Shown piece by piece: positions 8,496 through 18,772 of a DNA stretch of 64,000 nt; the stretch's first letter is position 1, and every line of letters starts with the position of its first letter. Under the pieces are notes generated by a model, which searched no databases, was not told the origin of the DNA, and saw only the letters and a program-made list of their open reading frames with translations. Location of the stretch: UHGV virus genome UHGV-0225074; one strand, 5' to 3'. This stretch comes from a virus. Made by a program: the position numbers and the translations under genes.

Positions 8496-9992
8496 ATGGC
8501 TTATAATGATAAGGTTGTTGACGTAACGGTTGTTCTCGGGACACAACCAATCGACACCGTAGGGTTTGAAACCCCTCTGTTTATCGCAATTCACAACGTC
8601 TTCCCAGAACGAGTACGTACATATACAGATCTGGATGAACTCGCTGCTGATGGTTTCGCTGTAGGTTCCCCTGCGTATACTTTTGCGACAAAAGCCTTTG
8701 CTGGGACTTTCCGCCCCCAAGCGCTTATGATCGGAAGACAAGCATGGGAATCCACAGTTATCAATTTCACGGGGCAGACAAACGTAGATCCTAATAACCC
8801 GGTAAGCTTCAACGTTGCAGCAGGCGCGTATACTAAAAGCATCGTTATTCCTGTTACTGCCGCATCTACACCAGATAGTATTGCAACAGCCCTAGCATCT
8901 GCAATCAACTCTGATACCACGCTTAATGTAATTGTTGGTGCAGTAGCTACCGCTGGTGTTGTAACAATCACTCCGAAAGGTGATGGCTCTCTGCTGGCTA
9001 CTAACAATGACGAGGTGGTTACAACCGAATCTGACCAAGGCATCATGGCAACATCTTCTGATGTTATCGGCGAGCCATTCAGCATCGGCATTGATTATGG
9101 TAATTGCACACTTACAAATACCTCTACGGAAACAGTTAGCGGAATTCTCCCTGAGATTGAAACTGCAAATAACAACTGGTATTTCCTGAGTACAGAGCAA
9201 CACATTGCATCTGCGGTTCTTGGTGCAGCCGCTTATGCATCTGCCAATTACAAGCTGCATGTATATTCAACAGCTGACCAACTGTCCTTGGTTGTCGATG
9301 GTAATTCTATTGCGAATCAGCTAAAAGCTCTCCAATACGATACCAGCATTGGTATGTACGACCCTCTTGCGGATAGTGCATTCTCCGAAGGAGGAATCAT
9401 AGGGGCTATGGCTTCTAATGATCCTTCATATGGTGATTCTATTCACCTGAAGACAATGCCTGGCGTAGTTGCTCCAACACTCAGTTCTTCGGATCGCCCA
9501 ACAATTTGGGGCCAGAACCTGAACTTCTATCGCATGATTAATGGTGTCGGCGCATTCTGGGAAGGTAAGTGTGCCTCCGGTCAGTATGTTGACGTTGTCC
9601 GTTTTGGACACTGGCTGAAGTTCAGAAGTGAAGAAAGCATCTTCGCTTACATGTCTCGCCGTTCTAATCTTGGCCTGTCCATGAAGATGAGCGATGATGA
9701 TATGCCGAACCTGAAAGCAGTCCTGATGAACAGTCCTCTGAATGTCGGTATCACCAACGGTTCTATCCTGACCGGATATGATTCCGTCAACAAGGTGTTC
9801 TACGATCCGGTGATCACTATCCCGCTTCGTGCAAGCATCCCGTCTAACGATCTGGCATCTCGTACCCTTAACAACGTTAAGGTAGAGTTAGTCTACAACA
9901 GTTCCTTGCATTTCGTCAAGATTCGCATCTCTGTTCTGCTAGACAAAACCGGGTCTACTTCTTCCAGCGGACAAGTAACAGCAGGAGTGTAA
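8496..9992 (+). CDS. tail sheath protein
   Basis: 498 aa, size and position typical of contractile-tail sheath (followed by 157-aa tube, chaperone, tape measure); SD GAGGAAATCA. Confidence 0.65.
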   Translation: MAYNDKVVDVTVVLGTQPIDTVGFETPLFIAIHNVFPERVRTYTDLDELAADGFAVGSPAYTFATKAFAGTFRPQALMIGRQAWESTVINFTGQTNVDPNNPVSFNVAAGAYTKSIVIPVTAASTPDSIATALASAINSDTTLNVIVGAVATAGVVTITPKGDGSLLATNNDEVVTTESDQGIMATSSDVIGEPFSIGIDYGNCTLTNTSTETVSGILPEIETANNNWYFLSTEQHIASAVLGAAAYASANYKLHVYSTADQLSLVVDGNSIANQLKALQYDTSIGMYDPLADSAFSEGGIIGAMASNDPSYGDSIHLKTMPGVVAPTLSSSDRPTIWGQNLNFYRMINGVGAFWEGKCASGQYVDVVRFGHWLKFRSEESIFAYMSRRSNLGLSMKMSDDDMPNLKAVLMNSPLNVGITNGSILTGYDSVNKVFYDPVITIPLRASIPSNDLASRTLNNVKVELVYNSSLHFVKIRISVLLDKTGSTSSSGQVTAGV

Positions 9993-9995
9993 TAA

Positions 9996-10469
9996 ATGGA
10001 TACAAGAATTCTAACCCCGTATGCCTACGACCCACAGAAAGCGCGTCTCTATATGATGACTCAGCGCGTCACTGGGTTCGCAGCGGATACCAAGATCGTC
10101 GTTGCTCGCAACGAAGATAACATCATCCCCCACATGGGGGTTGATGGTGAACTGTCAGCAGCGCTGTCTCGTAACCAATCTGGTGTCCTGACTGTCTCTC
10201 TACAGAACACTTCGGTATGGAACGGGTACTTGGCTAACTGGCAGAAACAAGCTTCCATCACTGGTCTGATTTTCTTCCCTGTCCTTCTTGAAGGCTCCCA
10301 AGGTATGGGTCTGAGCACAGTTGGTTGGATTCAGAAACAGCCTGACCTGACCTATGGTACTGAAGTGGGCCAGATGGATTGGGAAATCGGAATCCTGGAC
10401 GCATGGTTAAGCCCAGATACTCTGTACGCTACAGGCTTCGGTCTGGCTGGCCTTGCAGGTATCATCTAA
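9996..10469 (+). CDS. tail tube protein
   Basis: 157 aa, immediately downstream of sheath, followed by an attenuator hairpin. Confidence 0.6.
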   Translation: MDTRILTPYAYDPQKARLYMMTQRVTGFAADTKIVVARNEDNIIPHMGVDGELSAALSRNQSGVLTVSLQNTSVWNGYLANWQKQASITGLIFFPVLLEGSQGMGLSTVGWIQKQPDLTYGTEVGQMDWEIGILDAWLSPDTLYATGFGLAGLAGII

Positions 10470-10482
10470 TAGCGTTTCGTGT

Positions 10483-10505
10483 GCCACAAGGATGTGGCCT
10501 TTTCA
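10483..10505 (+). terminator. intrinsic terminator/attenuator after tail tube gene
   Basis: GCCACA agga TGTGGC followed by CTTTTCAAAC. Confidence 0.5.
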
Positions 10506-10550
10506 AACACGCATGGATATCCACACTTTAAAAGACGCAGGAGCGTACAC

Positions 10551-11030
10551 ATGATGAATTTTAGACCTACCACAGAAATCGATCTGGCTGGTAAGAACTT
10601 TGTAATCACACACTGGTCTCCGTCCAAGGTTATGAAAAACCTTCCTAAGATTGGTCGTTATATCGCAGTTCCAATGGCTACTATTAGTGGTGCATTGTTT
10701 ACCGGAGGATCTAACCTCTCTGAAGCACTACCTACCGCAATTTTATACCTATTTGAGCAGATGGAGCAAGATGATATCGAAAAATTATTCGAACTCATCC
10801 TTGAAGATGTGTCTGTGAACGGAATGGCTGGCAAGATTGATATCGATACAATCTTCCAGGACAAGATGTTGGATCTGATCAAACTGGTAGCGGAGGTTCT
10901 GAAGATTAACTACGGCTGTTTTTTCACGAAAGACGGTTTCGCAGACCTTCAGGGACTTCTGGGCAACTTCGGGATGGTTCACCAAGTAGCGACGGTGGAT
11001 CAGGAACCGACGGAAGTGGCAGCGGAGTAA
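10551..11030 (+). CDS. tail assembly chaperone (gpG-like, frame 0 product)
   Basis: ATG 10551 with SD AGGAG; contains slippery heptamer T_TTT_TTC at 10919..10925; positioned directly upstream of the tape measure. Confidence 0.6.
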   Translation: MMNFRPTTEIDLAGKNFVITHWSPSKVMKNLPKIGRYIAVPMATISGALFTGGSNLSEALPTAILYLFEQMEQDDIEKLFELILEDVSVNGMAGKIDIDTIFQDKMLDLIKLVAEVLKINYGCFFTKDGFADLQGLLGNFGMVHQVATVDQEPTEVAAE

Positions 11031-11305
11031 CACCGTCCAAAATTTCTAAAGTCGTCCAAAGAGCTATTGATTATGCAAGAAAAAATAGTTCCCTGACGTG
11101 GTTCGACTATCTCTGGTGCCGTGCTCTGAAGAACTTTAAGGGAGAATCTTATATCTCCCTTGAGTCTGCCGATATGGAATATTTGCTTAAGCTAAACGAG
11201 TATCTCGATGTCGAAGATTTCATCAACGATGTTAATGAGAAAGAAGAGAAATCGAGAGCAGACGCCGAAGCAGCTAAACCCCGAAGCAAAGGCAGAAGAG
11301 GTTAA
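10551..11305 (+). CDS. tail assembly chaperone frameshift product (gpGT-like, -1 PRF at 10919..10925)
   Basis: -1 frame is open from the slippery site through a Gly/Ser-rich linker (GSGTDGSGSGV) to TAA at 11303..11305; classic G/GT arrangement before the tape measure. Confidence 0.5.
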
Positions 11306-11310
11306 TCTCA

Positions 11311-11347
11311 AGCCAGGTTCCTTTTCAGGAGCCTGGCTTTTTTATTG
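11311..11347 (+). terminator. hairpin plus T-run (partial terminator/attenuator) before tape measure gene
   Basis: AGCCAGG ... CCTGGCT stem followed by TTTTTTATT. Confidence 0.4.
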
Positions 11348-11355
11348 AGGAAATT

Positions 11356-13758
11356 ATGGCAAATATTATAGTGACTTCTACAGTCAACAAGGTAACATGG
11401 GACGTTGACAAAACGTCCTTTGGACGCGCCTTGAAAGCTGTAAAGCAAATTCGCTCCGAATGGGAAAAGACCGGGAAGGCTTTTTCTTCTGCTAAAGCCG
11501 ATCCCGCTGCGGCTCTTAAACGTTCTGCCATGCAGGCGAGAATGGTTAATAAACGACTCAATCAAACTGAACGTGCAGAGGCGGCTAAGACCACAGCTCA
11601 CAATATCGCAATGGCAAAGAAAGAAGCTCGTGCTCGTGAAGCTATTGATAAGATTGAAAAGGCACGTCGTAAGGCTGCGGTCTCCAGACTAACTGCTGGT
11701 CGATCTCCAGAGTCGCAGGCAAACTATAATGCCCTGAAGGCACAGCTCCGTCAACAAGAAAAACTTGCTGCTAAGAATGGTGCTTATGGAACTAATCCTT
11801 CCATTTCTGCTGCACGTATGGCAGCATATGAAGCAAGTCTGAAAAATAAGGGTGCTGGCAGCGGTGGTTCACCGATTCTCAATGCAAATGCTACGGCTTA
11901 TGACCCGAAAGTTGCTGAACAGCAACGCAAGGCAATGGAACGTGACCATGCGAGAATACGTCGAGAACAAGTAAAACAGGATAAGGCTGACAATAAAGCC
12001 AGAGAGAAAATGGCCCGCGACGCAGAGCGGGAAGCTGGAAGAAGAGCAAGAGCACGTGAAGCAAAGATTAGCACAATCTCTAACGCCAATGTTCGTCTTC
12101 GTGCCAAGTATGGTGATAAATATGCAAGGAAACTGCCTGGTTATGATTCCTTAGTTAACCGCTACATGAAGAGCGGGAACATGAAGGCATCAAATTTCCG
12201 CGCAGAACTTGCCTCTATGGAAACCGGACTTCGTAAGGCCAGCGCTAATACTCTTTCCCTGAATGATGGTTTGAGAACTTTACGTAGCACATTGATCAGC
12301 GTTACAGCAGCATACGGGGCGTTTAATGCCGCTGCAAGCGTTCTGAAAACTGGGCAGTTCTTCCAGGGTATGGAAGCAACAATGCTGATGGTATCCGATG
12401 ACTCCGCAGAGGCTGGTAAGCGTATTGAATTTGTGAGAAACCAGGCGTATCGTTTAGGTCTCGACCTTAAGGTAGCTGCGCAGGGTTATACCCAGATGTC
12501 CATCGCAGCAAACGGTGTACTTACTAAATCACAAAACGACCAACTCTTCAAGTCATTCTCTGAGTATGCAACTGCCCTTCAGGTTGACCCTGTAAAATAC
12601 CAGCGTGGTATTACAGCTATTCAACAGATGATGGGTAAAGGCCAGATCATGGCTGAAGAACTTAAGCAACAGCTTGCTGAAGGTATCCCCGGATCATTAC
12701 AGGTATTCATAAAGGCATCGCAAGAAGCATTCAACGACTCCACCATCGACGTTACCAAATTGATGGATATGATGAAGAACGGGGAGCTGAAGGCTGCTAA
12801 AGTGCTTCCGTTTGTTGCTAAATACTACGCAGAAGCTGCTAACAAGGGTGGCGCACTACAGAAAGCTTTACAAGGTAACCGGGTTGCTATGCAACGCCTT
12901 ACCCAGACTTGGATGAACTTCCAGAACAAGATCTTCGAATCTGGCTTCGGTGATAAGATGACAGAGACATTTAATAACCTTGCCAAGATTCTTGATTCTA
13001 ATGGTCCACTCGCCGCCGCCGTTGGTCAGTTTGTGGCAGGATTCATAGACGGGTTTATGAAGATACCTTATGCCCTGTATAATGCCTTTACGATGGTTAA
13101 TGCGATCTTAGAAAGATATATTCCCATATTCAGGAAGAATGGAGAAGAAATTTCTAAGACATGGAACTGGGTGGGTTGGGGTATAGGTGCTATATTCTTT
13201 GCTACATCTTTGGTCCGGGTGTTCAACATCCTCGCTAAGATCGCGGGCCTTGCTGGGGCGATCAAGGCTATCGGGGCTGTCTTTGGTGCAGGAGATGCTT
13301 CTGAAGGGGGTAAAGGTGGGAAGAGAGGCCCTCGCCTAGGCAAGGTAGGAAAAGTTGCCAGATGGGCTGGACTGTATGGGCTTATTGCTGGAGAAAGCAT
13401 GATAGGTGGGGACTATGTCTTCGACAAAGCACAAGAATTCAGCGATAAGCGTTACGGGACAGACACGACAGCAGGCGGGAATTTGAAGAAAAATTCAGCG
13501 CTAGGAAGGACCTGGGATTTCTTTTCAAACGCATGGAGTACCAAAGAAAGCAACAGATTAAATTATCTTCAAAATCAGAGCATCATGCCTGGTACAACAA
13601 CTTCAGCGTCAACGCCTCCAATGGTTATCCCTACTGAACCTGTCTCTGGTGAGATAACTATCAAACTGGATGCCGGAGAGCTGAAGGATATGATTGACCA
13701 ACAGATCGAAGCATCGAATATGGGCAACATCAATTTAATCCTTGGTGTCCCAGATTAA
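11356..13758 (+). CDS. tail tape measure protein
   Basis: 800 aa; Ala/Lys/Arg-rich coiled-coil N-terminus, hydrophobic Gly-rich segment, position after the chaperone pair. Confidence 0.7.
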   Translation: MANIIVTSTVNKVTWDVDKTSFGRALKAVKQIRSEWEKTGKAFSSAKADPAAALKRSAMQARMVNKRLNQTERAEAAKTTAHNIAMAKKEARAREAIDKIEKARRKAAVSRLTAGRSPESQANYNALKAQLRQQEKLAAKNGAYGTNPSISAARMAAYEASLKNKGAGSGGSPILNANATAYDPKVAEQQRKAMERDHARIRREQVKQDKADNKAREKMARDAEREAGRRARAREAKISTISNANVRLRAKYGDKYARKLPGYDSLVNRYMKSGNMKASNFRAELASMETGLRKASANTLSLNDGLRTLRSTLISVTAAYGAFNAAASVLKTGQFFQGMEATMLMVSDDSAEAGKRIEFVRNQAYRLGLDLKVAAQGYTQMSIAANGVLTKSQNDQLFKSFSEYATALQVDPVKYQRGITAIQQMMGKGQIMAEELKQQLAEGIPGSLQVFIKASQEAFNDSTIDVTKLMDMMKNGELKAAKVLPFVAKYYAEAANKGGALQKALQGNRVAMQRLTQTWMNFQNKIFESGFGDKMTETFNNLAKILDSNGPLAAAVGQFVAGFIDGFMKIPYALYNAFTMVNAILERYIPIFRKNGEEISKTWNWVGWGIGAIFFATSLVRVFNILAKIAGLAGAIKAIGAVFGAGDASEGGKGGKRGPRLGKVGKVARWAGLYGLIAGESMIGGDYVFDKAQEFSDKRYGTDTTAGGNLKKNSALGRTWDFFSNAWSTKESNRLNYLQNQSIMPGTTTSASTPPMVIPTEPVSGEITIKLDAGELKDMIDQQIEASNMGNINLILGVPD

Positions 13759-13761
13759 CAC

Positions 13762-13784
13762 AAGGGGCTTCGGCCCCTTTTTCG
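13762..13784 (+). terminator. rho-independent terminator after tape measure gene
   Basis: AAGGGGC ttcg GCCCCTT followed by TTTT. Confidence 0.65.
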
Positions 13785-13813
13785 TTGTTTTATTTGAAGA
13801 TTTATGATAAAAT
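13785..13813 (+). promoter_or_regulatory. late-type promoter TTGTTT-N17-TGATAAAAT
   Basis: same motif family as 1122, 6967, 21070 and 27460. Confidence 0.45.
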
Positions 13814-13839
13814 CATAACAAGCTTATTGAGGAGGTTTT

Positions 13840-14712
13840 ATGGCAGTTGTAGCAAGCAACCAGTCCAAACCGCAACAAGGTAAGGCTACAGCAAACGTTG
13901 AGCAAAAGGTCTCTACGGCTCAGAATGCCAGTAGTGAAGTTCAATATACGTTGTTTGCTAGCGGCCTTAACAATGGCGGAAGGAATGTAGAGTTAAAAAA
14001 TAAAAACTATACGAACAATATTGCGATCTTATTTGATGTTGTTGAAGACCATACGTATACAAGAACTGTTGACAAAACCTCCTACGCAGTAGAGAATAAG
14101 GTCAAATACAGTGATCACGGCGTAATAGAGGATGGTAAATTCTCTTTTAGTGCGAGAATAAACAGCTCACCACTATATATGATCGAAAACAACTATATCG
14201 ACAAAGATACCGACCCTAACAATCCTGTCGAATCACGACGTCCTGAAAAGGCCTTAGAGGTTTTAGAAAGGCTCATCACTGATCGCCAAATCGTTACGCT
14301 TGTAACGGAAGATCGTATCATTGAAAACTATATCTTGACTTCCTTGGAAGCAAGTCGTAGCAATTCTGATGGGGCGGCTTTGGTGTTCCAACTTGAGTTT
14401 ACAGAATTCCGTACTTTTACGCTTGGAAAGACAGCCTTAGCCACGGTATATACCGACCCTAAAAAATCTGGTGGGAAAACAAAGCAGAAAGGTTCTGTTC
14501 AGTCTTCGGCTACAGATGACGAAGTAGAAGTCACTGCAAGGAGAACTAAGTTTGCTGGACCTAATCAAGATGGTTGGCAAAAGGTTGCAGATGAGATGGG
14601 TATCGGGGATTATACCAAGCAAGACCAAGTGGTTGGTACGTTGACGCCGGACGGTAAGCTCAAGGACCAAAATGGTAATATCATTGATTATAATAAAGCG
14701 GTAGGTAACTAA
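13840..14712 (+). CDS. putative baseplate/tail hub protein
   Basis: 290 aa, SD GAGGAGG, first gene after the tape measure (position of Mu gp43/P2 gpU-D analogues). Confidence 0.4.
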   Translation: MAVVASNQSKPQQGKATANVEQKVSTAQNASSEVQYTLFASGLNNGGRNVELKNKNYTNNIAILFDVVEDHTYTRTVDKTSYAVENKVKYSDHGVIEDGKFSFSARINSSPLYMIENNYIDKDTDPNNPVESRRPEKALEVLERLITDRQIVTLVTEDRIIENYILTSLEASRSNSDGAALVFQLEFTEFRTFTLGKTALATVYTDPKKSGGKTKQKGSVQSSATDDEVEVTARRTKFAGPNQDGWQKVADEMGIGDYTKQDQVVGTLTPDGKLKDQNGNIIDYNKAVGN

Positions 14713-15065
14713 TGGCAGCGATCACATTCTCTTGGGATATAGACGGGTTTGCTGACCAAACTATGCGTGTGGTTCTGGACAGCCAAACTTATGAAATGCG
14801 CTTTCAATGGAACGAAAGAGACGAGTCTTGGCTTGTCTATTTCGGGGATGTGGGTTCTGAGCCTACAATATCTTTCAAATTGACTACAATTTTCGATATA
14901 TTCGCACCTTTCAAATATCTTGACAATATTCCCGATGGTCAGTTGAGAGTATTTTCTTTTACTCAATCGACTAAACGTGTAGGGAGATACAATATTGGAT
15001 TTTTGTCAGACTTGCAACTACTTTACTCGTCTCCTGATGATGAGGTAACGACCGCTGAGGAGTAA
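14712..15065 (+). CDS. putative baseplate protein
   Basis: 117 aa, TAATG overlap with upstream gene. Confidence 0.35.
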   Translation: MAAITFSWDIDGFADQTMRVVLDSQTYEMRFQWNERDESWLVYFGDVGSEPTISFKLTTIFDIFAPFKYLDNIPDGQLRVFSFTQSTKRVGRYNIGFLSDLQLLYSSPDDEVTTAEE

Positions 15066-15068
15066 ACA

Positions 15069-16058
15069 ATGCCTGCTTACAGAACAAGAACCTATAAGCT
15101 AACGATAGGCAAACCAGTGTATGTTGGTGAAAAGCCTACCAATATCTCAGATTACACTAATCAGAATGCCAAAGATGCGTATTATATCAGTAATGAAACT
15201 GGTGCCGCAAACATCGAGTTCGAGGTCAAAAAAGACAACTCGAAGGAGCCTAATAAAGGGTATGTTACTATCTACAACCTCTCCGATGAGACGGTGAGCT
15301 ACCTCGATGCTAACCAACGAGAGTCCATTGCTATCGTTCTTGAGGCCGGGTTTGATGGTGAGAATCAGACTATCTTTTCTGGGACCGTAGAGTTTGTTCA
15401 GGATAAGTGGGACGGCAATACCCGTCAGACAAAGATGATCCTCGGTGATGCGACAGTAAACATTAAAACGGCAAAGACCTCCCGCTCTTATAAGAAAGGT
15501 ACGCCAATAGATACGGTAATTAGTGATCTCGCTTCTGATATGAAGCTCCCTGTTGGTAAAATCGTCAAGTTTGGAGACCAGACGCTTCAGCACTCTATGT
15601 CCTTTACGGGTCTCGCCGCAAATAACCTGGAGAGATTAGCCAAGAATACAGGGTCTACTTTCAGTGTTCAAGATGGGGCTGTATACTGGACAACGCAAGG
15701 GAAAAGATTTCAAAGGGCAGTTTTTGAGATCAGCGCTGAATCCGGTATGCATGATTCCCCAACACCGCAGAACCCTGAGCCTGCAAAGAGGAGACAGGAA
15801 AAAAAAGCTAAGTCTAAGAGAAAATCCTCTAAGCCTCACGTACCTACTTCCGCAGAGATAAAAGAAGACGCTGGGTTGGTGGTAGTAACAGAAATGAATG
15901 GTGCTATCATACCAGAATCAACGGTATTTTTAAAGAGCCAGAAATATACAGGTTTTTACAAGGTTGTATACTTAACTCACAAAGGCCAGCTCGAAGGTGG
16001 GGATTGGATCACAGAGTTAGGACTTGCAGAAACCCGTGGTGGAATTGTGGAGGGATAA
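15069..16058 (+). CDS. putative baseplate hub protein (gpD/gp27-like position)
   Basis: 329 aa, precedes the gpV-like spike, SD GAGGAG. Confidence 0.4.
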   Translation: MPAYRTRTYKLTIGKPVYVGEKPTNISDYTNQNAKDAYYISNETGAANIEFEVKKDNSKEPNKGYVTIYNLSDETVSYLDANQRESIAIVLEAGFDGENQTIFSGTVEFVQDKWDGNTRQTKMILGDATVNIKTAKTSRSYKKGTPIDTVISDLASDMKLPVGKIVKFGDQTLQHSMSFTGLAANNLERLAKNTGSTFSVQDGAVYWTTQGKRFQRAVFEISAESGMHDSPTPQNPEPAKRRQEKKAKSKRKSSKPHVPTSAEIKEDAGLVVVTEMNGAIIPESTVFLKSQKYTGFYKVVYLTHKGQLEGGDWITELGLAETRGGIVEG

Positions 16059-16759
16059 TGGCAGCAATAACTCGTATGGATGCAGCCCTTAATCAATGGT
16101 TTGCGAAACAGGCCAGAGATATTCACACAGGGCTAAGGGCAAAGGTAGTTGATGTAGACTATAGCATCCCGTCTGCAACAGTTCAACCCCTTGCAAGTAC
16201 AAACTTCCCAGATGGCACCGTGGATGCCTATGGTTCTGTTTTTGATGTTCCCCTATCAATGCCTTCAGGTAATGGAGGAAAAGCCCGCCTAACGCTTCCT
16301 GTGAAGCCTGGAGATATTGTGGGTCTAAGCTTCTCAGAAAGAAATGAGAATGATAATAATGACCAGACAACTCATAATATGTTCCCAGGGTGGGCAATAA
16401 TTGGTGTTCACAGCGATGGAAATGCTATGACCATAGATCCAGACAATGTTGAACTTTGGAACGACAAGGTGCATTTCTCAATGACGCCTGCGGGTGATTT
16501 CACACTGGAGACGCCAGTAGGTAAATTAGTGGTTGACCAATCTGGGAATTTCAAATTCGATAATGGAGCGGCAAACCTGACAGCAGAATCTGGTGGTACA
16601 ATTAAGATGAATGGCGCTCAAGTTACCCCTGATGGCAATATTATTACTGCGCGTGGTGTCAACATGAATGATTTTTATGATTATTTTATTCGCCATACAC
16701 ATCACTATACTTGGACAGATGATGGTGGTCAGAACAATACTGATGCCCCAAACCAATAA
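16059..16759 (+). CDS. baseplate central spike protein (P2 gpV / Mu gp45-like)
   Basis: N-terminal OB-like segment (GLRAKVVDVDYS...ATVQPL) and C-terminal HTHHY motif resembling the gpV apex; SD GGAGGGATA; the track ORF start at 16004 was trimmed to ATG 16059. Confidence 0.55.
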
Positions 16760-16771
16760 AAGGAAAATATA

Positions 16772-17524
16772 ATGAGTCTTACAATCCGTATTCCAGAGCT
16801 TCCTGATGCAGATAGTGTTTCTGGTAACGACCTTATCATATTTGAGCAGGCAGGTGGAACTAAGAAAGCTACATTTGATAAGGCCATGAATGATATTGGA
16901 ATTATTCAAGACATTACTGACATCAAGGATGAGGCGGTTGCTGCCAAAGATGAAGCCGTCCAAGCAGCAGATAGCGCAGAACAGACAGCTAGCCAGCTAC
17001 CAACAAAACAACAATTTACAGAACTTCAAACATCCGTTGACGCAATTACCGCAGATCCTGAAAATGCTGTAACTTCCATAGTCATTCCTGCGAAAGATTT
17101 CGATCTCGTTATTGGAACAGCAACTTACGGAGCTGTCGCACAACGTCTTGGTGGCTGGCAGTTTAATCACGGTGTAGATGCTTCCGTATCAAAGATGATA
17201 GACCTCCCGTCCCATTGGACAAAGATGAGAATCTCCTTGATCTGGTCAAATATGGTATCCAATTCTGGTTCAGTAAGCTTTTCAGGTTTGATCAACAGTT
17301 GGTCAGCAGGGGAATCATTCAACCAAGCGCCAGCAGGCGGAGCAGTAATTCCCGTGGCAAATGCAACACCGTATATTGCGGTTGAATCACAGATATTGCA
17401 AGATCTAACTGTTGACCCAACAAGACATACCACTGTCCGTGTCGGTAGAAATGGTACATCAGCTAACGATACCGTTGCAACAGCTATTGTTCTTCTGGCA
17501 GTAAGATTGACAAAGGTGGCCTAA
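16772..17524 (+). CDS. receptor-binding protein anchor module (paralogue A)
   Basis: N-terminus RIPELPDADSVSGNDLIIFEQAGGTKKATF shared with four downstream tailspike/fibre genes; no catalytic domain in this ORF. Confidence 0.5.
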   Translation: MSLTIRIPELPDADSVSGNDLIIFEQAGGTKKATFDKAMNDIGIIQDITDIKDEAVAAKDEAVQAADSAEQTASQLPTKQQFTELQTSVDAITADPENAVTSIVIPAKDFDLVIGTATYGAVAQRLGGWQFNHGVDASVSKMIDLPSHWTKMRISLIWSNMVSNSGSVSFSGLINSWSAGESFNQAPAGGAVIPVANATPYIAVESQILQDLTVDPTRHTTVRVGRNGTSANDTVATAIVLLAVRLTKVA

Positions 17525-17525
17525 G

Positions 17526-18761
17526 ATGAGTGTTACCCAAACTTGGAGAACAGGAGTTCCCACGCCGGGGGTCCTTAGGACATACCCACCAAACCCTCTT
17601 TATGTTGATACTGTGAGAGGTTCCGCAGCAGGAACAGGATCATTAAACAATCCTGTCAACTCCTTGTCCCTCGCACTAGGTCTCTGCGCCGGGCTTCCTG
17701 ACTATGTCATAAAAATTGCTGCACCAGAAACAAACCCTTTACGCCAGGAGGTTATTTTTGATACTTCCATGAATGTTTTCTTGGAGGGTATTGACAATGA
17801 ACCTTGGCACATATATGGTTCTGAAATGCATACTTCAGGATGGGTACTCTCTGGAAACATTTATTCTAAGGTTATAAATTACACATCTGTAATGCAAGTG
17901 GTTGTTACCACGATGACAGAGACAATAGCCGACAAAGATGATTTTTATCTTAAGCTTGTCCAGAATACTACCACTCCAACAACTCCAGGTTTAGGACAAT
18001 ACGGCTATAGTGGTTCGACAATATACGTCAGGCTTCCTGATGATTCAGACCCCAATACCCATCAAATAGAGGTTTCAAGAAGAAACTTCGGTGTCGGTAC
18101 GGTTGGTTTTGGGTTACTTACGGTAAGGGATGTAGTCTCAAGATATTGTATGATTAATGGGATATCCTGCGGCTTATCAACTCAACCTGCTGGTACAGGT
18201 TTTCTAACGGTGTATGACTCTGTGGTTGAATACTGTGCTAATGGAGGCGTTGGTGGTACAGGAAGAAATGAAAGAATAGAATGTACCAATGTAAAGGCTT
18301 ATCGTATAAGTAACGATGGTTTTGGACAACATGCCCCAACTGGAGGCGCTGGCCTCATGATACTCAATGGTTGTGATGGTAGCTATAATGGAGATGCTCC
18401 AGGACAATCTGCTCAAGGGGCATCTAATCATGAAACAACCACAATGATACTCAATGGTGGGACTTTTAACCATAATGTGTCTGGCGGTATGGTTGTTATA
18501 GAGTCAGGAACATGTGATATTCATGGAGATACTGAGTACGGACCTGTTGTAATGGATGGGAATATGCGTCTTGGTAATACCGCCGGGACCATTGCCAATC
18601 AGGCGGGTTGTGCTTGGCTGGATAATGCCAAGGGGACAGTAACGGGATCGGTAACTGTAAAAAATGGTCTTGGAATAGGCGTTAAAAGGGCGTCTACCGC
18701 AATTGTAGATGGAATTTCTAATATCATTTCTGAGAATAACGCATTCCCAGACCAACTTTAA
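17526..18761 (+). CDS. right-handed beta-helix protein (pectate-lyase-like, candidate depolymerase)
   Basis: 411 aa with Gly/Asn-rich repeats (NGISCG, NGGVGGTG, NGCDGSYNG); starts 1 nt after the stop of the anchor ORF. Confidence 0.5.
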   Translation: MSVTQTWRTGVPTPGVLRTYPPNPLYVDTVRGSAAGTGSLNNPVNSLSLALGLCAGLPDYVIKIAAPETNPLRQEVIFDTSMNVFLEGIDNEPWHIYGSEMHTSGWVLSGNIYSKVINYTSVMQVVVTTMTETIADKDDFYLKLVQNTTTPTTPGLGQYGYSGSTIYVRLPDDSDPNTHQIEVSRRNFGVGTVGFGLLTVRDVVSRYCMINGISCGLSTQPAGTGFLTVYDSVVEYCANGGVGGTGRNERIECTNVKAYRISNDGFGQHAPTGGAGLMILNGCDGSYNGDAPGQSAQGASNHETTTMILNGGTFNHNVSGGMVVIESGTCDIHGDTEYGPVVMDGNMRLGNTAGTIANQAGCAWLDNAKGTVTGSVTVKNGLGIGVKRASTAIVDGISNIISENNAFPDQL

Positions 18762-18772
18762 GGTGAGGAGCA

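Noticed and set aside
10479-10550. Upstream ATG (MCHKDVAF) for the tail chaperone given in the ORF track
   Set aside because: It lies inside the tail-tube terminator hairpin with no SD; the ATG at 10551 has an AGGAG 8 nt upstream.
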